Shown piece after piece: positions 12,093 through 25,745 of a DNA stretch of 64,000 nt. Under the pieces are notes generated by a model, which saw only the letters and a list, made by a program, of their open reading frames with translations, was not told the origin of the DNA and did no database searches. The translations under genes and the position numbers were made by a program. The first letter of the stretch is position 1, and each line of letters begins with the position of its first letter. Source of the DNA: Octopus sinensis. Lineage: Eukaryota. The stretch covers positions 81,220,001-81,284,000 of the forward strand of contig NC_043002.1 of the NCBI RefSeq assembly GCF_006345805.1. Reading direction: 5' to 3'.

Positions 12093-12669
12093 ATATTAGA
12101 CTATATTAAAATCCTTGAAACCAACGGCACAATGAGCAATGATTTCCGTCATTGCATTGCTGAGAAGCTGAATATATATTTTTTCTATCAGGGTTCCATC
12201 CCAACCGCTTATTGTCAGCAGATACCTTTTTGTTGTCATAACATTTTTTTTTCTTGAAATATCATTTTAAAAAAACTAACAGCAGTGCAATGTAAAACAG
12301 CGTTAAACCCTTCAAACCAATTGAAACTCTTTCGGCTTTTTTATTTAAATGTTACATTCAATGGTTGGTTGTTTCATATATAAACAAATGAGATATTTGT
12401 TTACTACTCTTATCGCTTGAGGAAACGTGAAGTTCACAGTTGCAATTAGAGACGTATCGATTTGAAGTAATATTTCTTTATATCATTGTATCGAGTTCAT
12501 TTTCTCTGGATTCCTTACAGTGATTTGCATAATTTTACCCACACCCACACAAATGTGTGTGTATAGACATATCTATAAATACATCTTACGTACAAACATT
12601 TATTTAACACACACACACACGCACATCTATTTATATATACGAATATGAGGGTGTAAGTGTGTGTGAGAA

Positions 12670-12800
12670 GGCGAGTGGCCCAGTGGTCAGGTTGTTGGAC
12701 TCCCGATCTTAAGGTCGTGAGTTCGATTCCTGGAGTAGGCTTCATGTAATGTCTCAGCGCAAGGTACTTCATTTCACGTTCTTCCAGCTCTGGTACTCGT
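12670..12800 (+). mobile_element. tRNA-derived SINE head (family B)
   Basis: GGCCCAGTGGTCAGG...GGTCGTGAGTTCGATTCCTGG (A and B boxes), then GCAAGGTACTTCATTTCACG. Confidence 0.7.
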
Positions 12801-12949
12801 CCTGCTTTCATCTTGTGGGTATTCCGCTGTGTAAATGTTTGGAAAGATGGGTATGTATCTATGTCGGATTCGAACGATGACACCCCGTTAGCTGGGTGAG
12901 TGGGTCAGCACTCCTTCTGATCGGACGGCTATTCCATCGTAGGGTTACC

Positions 12950-13088
12950 CACCTACCACTGAGTGAACTGGAGCGAGATGAAGTGAAGTGTTTTGCTCAA
13001 GACTACAACTCGCCATTCCGTCTGCGAATCGAACCCACGATTTAACGATCGTCAATACTACACGCCAAACACTTGGCCACGCGCCCTC
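12950..13088 (-). mobile_element. tRNA-derived SINE head (family B), inverted relative to 12670
   Basis: GAACTGGAGCGAGATGAAGTGAAGTGTTTTGCTCAAG...GAATCGAACCCACGAT...CACTTGGCCACGCGCC. Confidence 0.75.
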
Positions 13089-13539
13089 AGAAGCTTTTAT
13101 ATATATATATACGTATATGTGTGTATACATACATACATATATACGTATACACACATACATATATGCGTATACACACACACATACATGTAATGTATGTGTT
13201 TTCGCGCACGCATACTTCTATACTTATTTACTTTATGTTTCATTATTTATTCATTCATTTGTATATTTGTTTGTATTTTGTTGTTGCTGTCACATTCTCA
13301 TCACACAACGTGAAACATATCTTTCCCTGACGATGTGTCTCACATCAACATTCGTCTACTCCTCCTATTCCCCCCCCCCCCCCCCCCCCATCTCTATCTC
13401 ACCCACACTACTATATATCCGAAGAATGCTATGTGGTTAACAAAGTTAATACCGTACTGCTTGATAATCGTATTGAATACAACCGCCATCTTGAACAGTG
13501 AGGTGCCGCGGTCAATGGTAGCAGTTCATTGCACTTATA

Positions 13540-13926
13540 TACTGTGCTTTCTTCTTCTTCTTCTCCTCCTCCTCTTCCTCCTCCTCTTCCTCCTCCTTCT
13601 TCTTCTCCTCTTCCTCCTCCTTCTTCTTCTTCTTCAACATGTTTTCCTTCTTTCGTTTCTACTTCCATTTCTACTTTTGTATCTTCTCCACCGTCTTCTC
13701 AACTTTCTTTCCTATTTCTTCTTTTTCTTTTTCATTTTCCCTTTTATTTCCTTTATACACGTGCTCATATTTCTTTTCCCCTTTCGTCCTTCATATATTC
13801 ATCTTCCAATTAAACCGCTTGCATTATTATTATCATCATTATTATCATTATTATTATTATTCGATTATTATATTATTATTATTATATTATTATTATTATT
13901 ATTATTATATTATATTATTATCATCA

Positions 13927-13975
<49 letters not shown>

Positions 13976-14185
13976 CATCATCATCATTATTATTATTAAT
14001 ACTATTATCATTATTCTTTATTTATTTATTTATTTCTATTATAACCTTTCTTTCAACACTTCAGGACATTTTTATTCGGATTCTTCCTTTAATTTTCCTG
14101 TCCGTCTCCCTCATCATCCTTCTCTTAAATTCTCATTCTTATTCCAAAATTCTCCCTATTCTAGAATCCTCCTCACTACATACCA

Positions 14186-14229
<44 letters not shown>

Positions 14230-14340
14230 TATTATTATTATTATTATTATTATCATTATTATTATTATTATTACTATTATTATTTTTATTATTATTTTTA
14301 TTATTATTATTATTATCATTATTATTATTATTACTATTAA

Positions 14341-14391
<51 letters not shown>

Positions 14392-14603
14392 CATTACTAC
14401 TACTACTATGGCTACTATGTTACATTTTATTATGTGTTCTTTTTGCTATTATTCAGTCAGTTTTGCTTGATATTATAGTTGTTGTTTTCCTCGATGTTAC
14501 TGTTTCATAATTCTTTGCGCTCGCGCAAACTCACACAGGCTTACTCAGACATAACATATATTTACATAAATGCATATGTACATACATATATATATATGTG
14601 TAC

Positions 14604-14668
<65 letters not shown>

Positions 14669-14930
14669 TATACATATATATATACATATATGTACACATA
14701 GTAACGTACATAATATATATATGTAATATGTATGTGAATGTGTGTATATATATACGCATACATATGTGTCATATGTATGTCTATATGCACCAATATACAT
14801 ATATGTAATATGTATATATATGTATGTATATATATGTATAAATGTATATATATATATGTATATATGTATATGTATGTATATATATAGATGTGTATGTATG
14901 TATATATAGATGTGTGTGTATATATACATA

Positions 14931-15000
<70 letters not shown>

Positions 15001-15475
15001 TCTTCAACCCGGCAATGCAACGAATTTAATTAACATGCGACCCGTCGGGACCTATTTATCATAGAGAGAATTACATTTAGTCGGCGAAAAAAGACCTTAG
15101 GGAGCAAGAAAGTCAAATAAAAAATAAATAAATAAAAATGAGAGAGAAAAAAACTCCTAAAGAAATGAGAAAAAATGCAATGTTGGAAAATATATATAAA
15201 AACCATAATACAAACATAAAAGTGAAGCAAAATATAAAATATTTAAAGAATACTAAAAATAAATTGATACAAAAAAAATAATACATAATGAAAATGGTAT
15301 TAGTCGAAATAGCCCTTAAGGATATTTAAATAAAAATATTGTTAACACTACTACTACCATTACAACTACTACCACTGTTACTACTATTACTAAATATAAG
15401 ATAATAATCATAATAATAAACGTAACTTTAGCAGTAGTAGTAGTAGTAGCAGCAGCAGTAGTAGTAGTAGTAGTA

Positions 15476-15511
<36 letters not shown>

Positions 15512-15521
15512 CAGCAGCAGC

Positions 15522-15573
<52 letters not shown>

Positions 15574-15585
15574 ATGATAATGATG

Positions 15586-15628
<43 letters not shown>

Positions 15629-15776
15629 AATAATAATAATAATAATAATAATAACAACAACAATAATAATATGAACGACGACGAAGATAATGATGTAAAT
15701 GATGATGATGGTGATGATGATGATGACGACGAGGCGGCAACGACGACGACGAGGCGGCAACGACGACGACGACGAC

Positions 15777-15834
<58 letters not shown>

Positions 15835-16463
15835 TTTGTTTCATTATTTGCCACAAGGGCGGCGGACGAGAGGAGCAAGATGGAAGGAAGTTACTGTTAT
15901 ATTATTCCATATTTATTTTTATTTTTTATTCGTATTTTCATTTTTACATTTTTTTTCTTTAATATTTCCTGCAAAGGAATATAACTAAATAAAATTAATA
16001 ACAAGTCTTGCTGTAATGTTATGCAAGAATGGATATAAATGATAACTTTCTTAGAAGCAGCACGCATCACTAAATACGAAAGGTGAGGAATGGAGGCTAG
16101 AGTTGGACACGAAACGGTTTAACTATTATCAGCATACCGAATTCTATACAGAATATATGCTCCAAGATTGCAATTCTTGGCCGATATATATAAAAAAAAA
16201 TATATACATATATATATATATATACATAATAAAAAATATATATTCAATCGAGATGCAATTTTTATGTACGCTCCTATGTTAGTGCGCGGTGTGAGAACGT
16301 GTATGTATGCAGACACATGCACACGCATACATACATACATACATACATACATACACGCACACATACGCACATACACACACATATATATATGTATGTATAT
16401 ATATATTATATACACATGTATACATATGTGTATATATGTTTATATGCATATAATATATGTATA

Positions 16464-16503
<40 letters not shown>

Positions 16504-16554
16504 TATATATACATATATATATATACATACATATACATATATATATATAATACT

Positions 16555-16642
<88 letters not shown>

Positions 16643-16990
16643 TATGAGTGTATGCCGAGTATGTGTTGGCATATGATTGAAATCTGTATGGATGTATGAA
16701 AACAGAAAAGGAAAGACGACAAAGGAGAGTGAAAGAGAGAGAAAGGAGAAGCGGATTAGATTGAATATATATGTACCGAATGTATTAGTGTGTATACACA
16801 CAGACACAACCAACAACACCACATATACATATATAATAATATATATATATACATATACTCATATATATATTCGTATATATTGACAGAAACGCGCACATTT
16901 TTGCATATAAACACATATATACGCACATTAAAATGCATAAAAACACACACGTACATACATACAACATACATACATACATACATACATACA
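13540..16990. repeat. Microsatellite blocks (CTT/CCT, ATT, TA, AGT, AAT, GAT, CATA) with short unique islands
   Basis: Directly visible; accounts for the 391-aa poly-L/I ORF and neighbouring ORFs. Confidence 0.95.
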
Positions 16991-17654
16991 TACATACATA
17001 CATCAACGTTCGTATGCAAACTGGCGTAATGAAATAAGTGATAATTAAAATTAGACACGAGGCACAACGTTTCGTCGTTCTACTTTAAAAAAAAAATGTA
17101 AAAATATTCTTAAAGAAACCACTAAAAATAATAATAAAAGAAAATCAAATCCTGTTATTCACTGAGGTGACAATGATATGTTCAATCGGGTAGCAACCAA
17201 CTATATTGATATAATCTCTTAATAGTTACCCTAATCTATTCAGCTCTTATCAGTTCAGTGTGGATGAGTATCAGATATGCACTTGCCAATTGTGAAAATC
17301 TTCGGACCACACCGACATAATGAAATTCATATAAAATTAACGAAATATATATATATATATGTGTGTGTATGGGGCTGAATATATGTGTACGTGTGTGTAG
17401 GTGTGTTTGGGAGAATGGCGCGCGTGTGTATATTCGTCTGTCCACTGACATTTCTGTCTTTCTATTTGCGTGTTTATGGTTTTTTATGTATGTGTTTACT
17501 GCGAATACACAGACGTATGCGTGCTTGTGTCTAGTATAAACACATTTATCTACTAATGTAATATATATTTATGCATATACACATAATACACACATACACA
17601 AATAGATATACATATATACATTTATACTGTGAGGGAGATTATATATATGTGTGT

Positions 17655-17866
17655 GTGTGTGTGTGTGTGGCCGCGTGTGTATCGTTGGCGATTTTATTTC
17701 TCCGTCGTCCCTTCCTTGGACCTTCCTTTTTCTATGTTTCTAACGAAGAGCTCCGCTCGAAACGTTAAGTCCTCCTCCTTTCCTTTCCTGAGCGTCCAAT
17801 AACACTATACTTGTTCCTCATCCTCGCGTTATTGCGTTTTCTCTTTGTTTTCTTGTTTGAATTAAC

Positions 17867-17870
<4 letters not shown>
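17655..17870 (+). mobile_element. Penelope-like terminal remnant with decayed minimal hammerhead motif (17736-17770)
   Basis: GTTT-CTAACGA-A-GAGC-TCC-GCTC-GAAAC-GTT-AAG; the G5 core position reads A, so it is probably inactive. Confidence 0.55.
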
Positions 17871-17924
<54 letters not shown>

Positions 17925-17949
17925 CATACATGCATATATATATATATAT

Positions 17950-18478
17950 GATGGCCGTCCACTCATGATCGAGGAAGACCATTGCTGACCTTAAGGAACA
18001 TTGTGCGCTCTAGGACTAACTTATATTCTGCATTTGCGGCTCCGTTCGTGGCTAATGAGCCCTGCTCTTGGCAAGCATACACGACTGCAAACATTGCAAA
18101 CCAAGCTTTCCCCATTCACACCAGCAGTGCGCTTTCAAGCAGCACGCTTTAAGTTCTTCATGCAGAATACGTGCTGTCTGAAGTGTCGGCTCCCTCCTTA
18201 ACCTGCTTCCTCTATCTGTGGTGATGACAGGCATTGCTCTGCCAGTCAGTCTCCTGCATTTCACAGGCCTTTAATTAGGACTTGACACAGTCCTTTATTT
18301 ATCGCAGCCTTAGTTTCTGCCAGAGTCTCTTTCCATTCACAAGTTCCCCATATAGCATCTGAATGTTGGCTGGAACTTAAAAGCTTAAAAACTTAAAAAA
18401 TTCTAGACACACAGGTCCTGAGGACAGCTGATATCTTTAGTATTGAGGCGATGGTGCACAAGGGTCGGTTACGTTGGA
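17950..18478 (-). mobile_element. RTE-clade LINE 3' fragment with inverted 5' piece
   Basis: Minus strand: MLYGELVNGKR...KDCVKS...WRKQVKEG...CNVCSRVCLPRAGLISHERS, with frameshifts. Plus strand 18400-18478: ILDTQVLRTADIFSIEAMVHKGRLRW. Confidence 0.8.
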
Positions 18479-18482
18479 TTAT

Positions 18483-19590
18483 ATATACACACTCATGATA
18501 GAAGTAAATAGACACCCCATAAAACATCGTTTTCTGTTTATTCTAACTTGTAAAGGTTTATATTTCTTATTAATTGACATTTTTATGTTTCAGATTCTAT
18601 ATGTGACTGTTTAATCATGCCATGTACAAAAGAAGCCTTGGAACTGTCTGAATTTCAAAGAGGCCATATCATGGTTTATTCTGAAGGTGGCTATAGTCAG
18701 CGTAAAATCGTAGCAAACCTTGGGATCCCGCTTTCTACAGTTAATAGAGTGATTGAGCAATTCACCAGAGGGGAAGAAGTCCGCATTATCTTGTCCAGAT
18801 CAACCAGGGCCCTCTGACAGGACCCTTCTCTTTGCTAAGAGAAGTGTGGAGGATAATCCTCGTCGCAAGACCTCTGTCATAGCAGAGCAAGTTGATGTCA
18901 GTTCCAGAACAGCTTTCAGGTATCTCCACAAACTTGGTTACTATGGCAGAGCAGGAAGAAAGAAGCCACATCTTTGACCAGCCAATATGAAACGGAGAAA
19001 AGATTGGGCCAGTGGAGAGGCCATTAGCATTTTGGGACACTGTCATATTCTCTGATGAGTCCAGATTTGCTGTATTTTCTAACAGTGGTCGAGTGTGGGT
19101 CAGGAGACTCTGTGATCAAGAATTTGATGTGAAAAAATTGCAACCAGCAATGAAACACAGCAACTATTTTGTGATGGTCTGGGGAACAATTTGGAGCAAT
19201 GGTTGATCAGAGCTGGTGGAGTGTGAGAGAAAGATAAACGCAAATAAATATGTGTCCATATTGCAGAAAGGACTCCTTCCAAACTTCTCCAGTGATGAAA
19301 TGATTAAAGAAGACGCTCTGTTTATGGATGATGGGATTTTTTGTCACACGGTTAAAATGACCCAAAATTTGTTGGAAAAGAATGGCATAAGAAAGCTTAC
19401 ATGGCCAAGCCAGTTAACAGATATGAACCTTATAGAACATCTCTGGGGCATAATGGACAGGACATTTCATAAAAAAAAACAAGAAAGCATCTTCAAAGCC
19501 AGATCTTTTGAGATTATTGCATAAAACTTTACAAGAAATTCCGCAAGAGAATATTCACTATCTGATCAGTAACATGCCTAATAGGGCCCT
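18483..19590 (+). mobile_element. Tc1-family DNA transposon, frameshifted transposase, 3' end truncated
   Basis: TA|CACACTCATGATAG start; [18 protein letters not shown] helix-turn-helix; VIFSDESRF, FMDDG and WPSQLTDMNLIEHLW motifs across frames; right TIR not found. Confidence 0.88.
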
Positions 19591-22500
19591 TGATGATGTC
19601 TACTGTGTCATTGATGTAAATAATGTCTGGCCTTCTCTTCATGCTCACGTCATCAGGTAAGCTTGATGTGGTTGCCAGCGAATAAGCTGGCAACTCCACC
19701 AAGCTTACCGGATGACGAGGGTGACTGTTGGCCACCCTGCAGGACGCAAAATAAGACCTATCAAAGGGTGGAAGAACTCATGTGTAGTCAACGGCTATCC
19801 ACCATTATGTGTATATACATGTGTGTGTATGTGTGTGTGCGCGCGCATGTGTGTGTGTGCGTGTGTATGTGTGTGCAAGTGTGTGCACGTGTGTGTATTT
19901 GTATATATATATTTTATATTTTTATATATCTTTTTAGATTTTTAAACATCTTTTTATATATTTATATATCTTTTATATATCTATATATAATTATATATTT
20001 TTATTTTATATATAGTTTTAATTGTGAATTTATTTATTTATTTATCTATTTATCTATTTTAATGAGTACATATGTATATATATTTGGGGGGGCGGGTAGA
20101 CGAGGCTCATTAGCTATGGTGAAGGCAACTCTTCTAGGAGAGGGACACTCTGACATAAAACCAGGTCATGGTAATGACAGCTCCTTAACTGGCTGCACTG
20201 TCAATGCCATGATTGCTGATGGGGGCAGACTGGGCTCCTGTTTTGAAACGAAGCCGTGATTAGGACAACCAGTATAGGAGAATAAAGCTCTGAATTCAAA
20301 TTGACTTACCACTACTGGCTTGCAGTATCCTTTTGAGGAAAAACCTGGGAGAAGGCACTCCGATATAAAACCTGCAGTCAAGTTAGTACTAGTTATCTTG
20401 CTTTGCTTGTCACTGGGATCTACTATTTTGACCCAGAGAGTGGCAAAAGTATTGTACAAGCTTTTGTTACTGAAATCCAATGAAGTACAGATGTCACTGA
20501 CAAAACACCAACATCGTACAATCATCACTTTTCAAAAGTCGTATGGCGATAGAGGCGTGGCGACGTATGCAGACTTGACCGGTCGGAACCATACAGTTAC
20601 AAATCTGCACATAAGGCAGCAGAGTTCTTATCTTAACATCGCTAACATGTTTTCATAGACAGGAACGGTTTTCGGTGGAGAAACCTATGTCAGAGCAGCC
20701 CTTTCAAGGAGAACACTGCTCACATGGATATACTGGAAAGGTGCTAGAAAAGATGCACAGAAAATTGCCTGTCATCTCTTTAGTGTAGTTAGTTTATTGT
20801 GGTTAACGATATAAACAATGATAATAAATATGCAAAGAATAAAGTTTCTCTTAACCTGGCCGGTTGGAATGTGAGAACTCTTTTAGATCGAGCAGAGCGG
20901 CCTGAAAGAAGAACAGCTCTAGTAACTAAGGAGCTAAGATGTCTTAATGTTGATATTGCAGCTCTTTCTGAAACAAGATGTTCATATTAAAATCATCTTG
21001 TCGAAAGAGGGGCAGGTTTCACATTATTCTGGGTTGGGAAGGCGAATGGAGAGAAAAGGGAAGGAAGGAGGTGTTGGGCTCGTAATTAGGAGTGATTTTC
21101 TAAAAGACCTAGAACAAACACAATGCATAAATACACGCATAAGGAAACTCCGGATCGCTTTTTCTTGTGGACGTTTTGTAACTGTTTTCTCTATTTATGC
21201 TCCTACACTCTCAGCTAGGGAGGAAAATATGCATTTTATAAGGATCTGTCAGTCGCTTTGAATGAGAAGTTGGTTGTGCCTGGTGACTTTAATGAACGTG
21301 TTGGTAGAGACTATGGTGCTTGGAATGTACTTGGGCGTTACGGAATAGGAAAAGTGAACAACAATGGGTTGCATCTGCTACAAATGCGCTCTGAGCTAGG
21401 GTTGATTGTTGGGAGTACTTTCTTTCATCATAAGATGAAACATAAAGTTAGCTGAATTCACCCAAGATTAAAGCAAGGTCACATGATTGACTTTGTATTG
21501 ACTCACATGACTGACTTTGTATTAGTTCGGAAAGCTGACTTACAAGATTTGTGCAGTCTCAGAGTATTGCGAGGTGCTGATTGTGGTACTGATCCCAAAA
21601 TGGTTAGAGTCAATTTCAAGTTCAGGGTCTGTAAGAAGATTCGAAGTGCTGGTGTACGGGTACCAAAGAAAATTGATGTAGAACAGCTAAAACAACCACA
21701 AGTTTTGCAGTTGTTCATTTTGAAGGTTCATGGCGATCTTTCCGTGATGGAATATATTAAATGGGATCAGAGGTGTTAGATTTTAAGAGTAGACAACACC
21801 AAGACTGGTTTGATTCCAATGATACAGTGAAAGACGAGCTTTTAGCAACAAAGCGTCCACTCATGAAAGCTTCTTGACTCTAATGTTCAGAACAAAGTGC
21901 AACTAGAAAAGTTGTACAAGTTTCAGAAAGCAGACTTGCAAAAAGAACTCACAAGGTTTAAAAGCACTTGGTGAAGAAATTTGTCTGAGGAAGTACAGGC
22001 AGCCTACGACAGGAAAGACATTAAAAGTTTCAATAGTTTATTGCGGCAGGCTTTTGGACCGCAATCTTCATCATATGTTCCCTTGAAGTCAAAAGATGGA
22101 AATTAGGTTATTAAAGATCCTCCTGGAATAATGAATACATGGAGAGAACACTTTGCAGATCTTTTCCATAATCAGTCTGTAGTGAACATGGATATCATAA
22201 ACAGCATTATGCAAAGAGAGATAGTGCAACACATGGATGATACACCTTCCACTGAAGAAGTAAATTTGGCATTATGTAAATTGAGATCAGGTAAAACTCC
22301 TGGATTGGATGGTATTCCAGTTAAAAGTCTGAAAGCAGGTGGGGATCATATTTCATCTGAAATTTATAACCTGATATCTCGAGTTTGGAATAAATCTTCT
22401 GTGCCACAAGAATGGATAAATGGCATTCTAATCTCTGTATACAAAGGAATGGGGCCAAAAGCAGTGTGTGTTAATTCTAGAGGAATAACTCTTCTGGCAC

Positions 22501-22735
22501 ATACAGGGGAGATACTTTCAAGGATCATGTTAGAACGTTTGGTTGAGAGTGTGTCCACATGTGATTCCTGAAGAACAGTGAGGTTTCAGACCTGAGCGAC
22601 GAACAATGAACATATTTTCTGTGAGGCAGGTTCAAGAGAAATGCTTAGAGGAACAAATGCCACTATACCAGGTCTTCATAGATTTAACTAAGGCACTTGA
22701 CACAGTAAAAGGGAGGCACTATGGATTGTTTTTGT
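19590..22735 (+). mobile_element. RTE-clade LINE: structured 5' region, endonuclease and start of RT, 3' truncated
   Basis: LAGWNVRTLLDRAERPERRTALVTKELRCLNVDIAALSETR; GDFNERVGRD; KLRSGKTPGLDGIP; RGITLL; QEKCLEEQMPLYQVFIDLTKALDTV. Many stops and frameshifts. The 5' boundary is approximate. Confidence 0.88.
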
Positions 22736-23159
22736 ACACACACATATATATATATATATATTCAGAGAGATAGACAGATTGATTAACACAGGGAGGTAGG
22801 TATACACCCACCCACCCATACGGATGTGCACACACACACACATGTACACACTCCCACTCTATCTACGCACACACGCCAACACACAGACAGCCACACCCAC
22901 CCATTCACACAGCCATATCGACACATTCAGACTGCCTCTGACTCACTATTGACCATTCCATCTACGCACACATACAAACACACACACACACACATACACA
23001 CAAACACACACACACACACGCAGACTACTCATACAGACACACACACACAGTTACCACTACACGCAGTTAGTGTCACACACATGCGCTACCACACACACAC
23101 ACACACACACACACATACCGACCATCCTCACACTCTTGTTCCAGAAAGTACTTTCTGTT

Positions 23160-23380
23160 TCTTCTTCTACTTCTAGTCACTTCAGAAATGTAACTCAGCG
23201 TGGATTATTGGCAATTTTCACCTCTTTCTTCCCTTTTCCCTTTAGACTTTCCGAAGAAGAGATATGTTCGAAACGTAAAACAACTACTCGTTTCCTTCTC
23301 CGAGTGTGTATTAATACATTGATTGTACAACGTCTTCTTTTTGCTGTTTTGCTTTTTCGTTTTCCTTTTTCTGTTTTTAA
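23160..23380 (+). mobile_element. Penelope-like terminal remnant with decayed minimal hammerhead motif (23248-23280)
   Basis: TTT-CCGAAGA-A-GAG-ATATG-TTC-GAAAC-GTA-AAA; U4 reads C. Confidence 0.55.
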
Positions 23381-23381
23381 T

Positions 23382-23384
<3 letters not shown>

Positions 23385-23452
<68 letters not shown>

Positions 23453-23940
23453 GTAAAATCATATTATATATTATATATAGACATATGTGTGTGTATTTAT
23501 AATTATCAGTATGTATATATATACACACACACATATATATATATATAGATAGATAAATACATACATACATGCGTATATATAGACACATACATAAATATAG
23601 GTAGATTCATATATACACACACATGCATACATACATATGCATATATACATGCATACATACATACACACATACATACATACACATGCATATATACATACAT
23701 ACATACATACATACATGCATACATACGTACGTACATATATACATACATACATACATACATATATACATAATACATACATACATACATGCATACGTACATA
23801 CATACATGCATACGTACATACATACATACATACATACATACATACATACATACATACATACATACATACATACATACATACGTACATACATATAGGCACA
23901 TACACACATATATACACAAAGACACAAACAGACATACACA
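23385..23940. repeat. (TA)n, (TG)n and (CATA)n microsatellites
   Basis: Directly visible. Confidence 0.95.
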
Positions 23941-24728
23941 GAATAAACAAGACCGAAATTTTCTTCTGATATATCTCGTACCGACATATACTTTGATCAA
24001 AACACACGATAATTTGGACAGTTTAACAGCGACAGTGTGCCTCACAACTGCTGTGATGATTATATCGCTTTAGTACTAAATTATTTCTTTGAAAATATTC
24101 CTTTTTATTTCATCTTTCATCCCTTCCTGCTCACTACCTGCACCACTTACTTTCTCTACAACCCATCTCCACCATCCTATCCCCGCCCACCTCTTCTACT
24201 CGTTCATCTTCAATTTCTGATAAGCCTTATCTGCTTTTATCTATTATTTTTTTTTCTAGTTCTCCTAGTCATTGCAATTGCAGTTAACTGTTCATGTTGT
24301 TGACGTATATTTATTTTCGTGGTATTTTCCCAAATCGATAACGTTATATTTGTTATTATTAAAGCATTGCTCCAGTATGGATTTAGTGGGCGATGATGAC
24401 TAAAGTGAGCCAGAGAATTGAACTAAATAACTATTGTTGCTCCAGTTTGATTTTTATACTTGTTACTTATGTTATATTTTTTTTATACTTATTCTTTCTT
24501 TTGTTGTTGTTCGTTGTTGTAATAGATGCCGTTGTATTCACTATTGATCTTACTTCTACATGCGGGTTGAAGTATTTCAATTACTAATGTTGTTGGTAGT
24601 GGTGTTGTTGTTTGTAACGTTGTTAGTACTGTTCGAATCTAAAATCCATTGCTGTTTGTAACTGCTGGTCTTTCGGTACACCCGGCAAAAGTTGTATGTG
24701 ATACATTCACAGCCGAACAAAAACATGC

Positions 24729-24784
<56 letters not shown>

Positions 24785-25414
24785 TACACATAAACACATT
24801 TGCGCGTGTGTGTGTGTGTGTAGATGCAAGTGCATTGGTATATAAACACACATACATATATATGTATATCTTTGTATTTATTTACGTATGCATACATATA
24901 TGGTTGTATATAAATATATGTATATACATGCTTATTGATGTACAAGCAGAAGCAGAAGGTACTTTCCTTTCAATAACCATATTTTCGAGAAAAGCAAAAC
25001 AACATAGAATATCGTAAAACTTTTCTATGATATGTGTGTGTGTATTTTTGTGTGTGTGTATTTTTGTGTGTGTGTGTCTATATGTGTGTACATAAATACG
25101 TATATATGCAAGCATACATAAAATATCAAGTGAAAAAATTAGTCCAGTAGAACTTCTTTAGTTGGCCAGTTCGGTGGTAACTAAAACGGCTTATATATAC
25201 AGGTATATATAGCCAAGTGGGAAATAGTAGGAACCTTTAGGATAAAAATCAATCCCTATAAAAGAACGGTTGACCTTAGCATATTCCCTAATTTTTTGTT
25301 CGGACATCTGTGTATTAGAAGGTTATCCCGAAATAAAGCGTTTCACAGAAACACATTCATATACTTATATGCATATATATATGTGTGTGTGCGCGCGGGC
25401 GTGTGTGTATGTGT

Positions 25415-25745
25415 GTGTGAAGGTACGTGGCTTTGTAGTTAGGATGTTCGGCTTACGGTGGTAAGGTCGTGAGTTCAATTCCCGATGACGCTTTGTGCCC
25501 TTGAGCAAGACATTTTCTCTCACGTTATTGCTCCAGTCCAGTGAACTGCCAAAAATGAGTTGTACTTGTATTTCAAAGGGTCAGCCTTGTCACACTTATG
25601 TCATGCTGTATCTCCCCCAGAGAACTACGTTAAGGGTACACGTGTCTATGGAGCGCTCAACCACTTTCACGTTAATTGCACGAGCAGGTTGTTTCGTTGA
25701 TCGGATCAACTGGAACCATCATCGTCGAAACCGACGAAGTATTGG
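25415..25745 (+). mobile_element. tRNA-derived SINE (family B-type), near full length
   Basis: GGTCGTGAGTTCAATTCCCG B box; CCCTTGAGCAAGACA; 3' GTTGATCGGATCAACTGGAACC...CCGACG. Confidence 0.8.

Noticed and set aside
13335-14510. 391-aa ORF and other long ORFs with poly-L/I/V/H/YI/HT runs
   Set aside because: They are translations of microsatellites that lack stop codons in some frames, not genes.
17230-17310. Cadherin-like SYQFSVDE peptide
   Set aside because: It lies in a 27-codon frame bounded by stops with no other cadherin motif; probably chance.
19052-19075. CTGATGAG hammerhead-like core
   Set aside because: It is the Tc1 SDESRF coding motif, with no downstream GAAA or stems.
19700-19745. 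HDV-like ribozyme in the RTE 5' region
   Set aside because: Only 5 nt separate the putative P1 strands, leaving no room for P2, P3 and L3.
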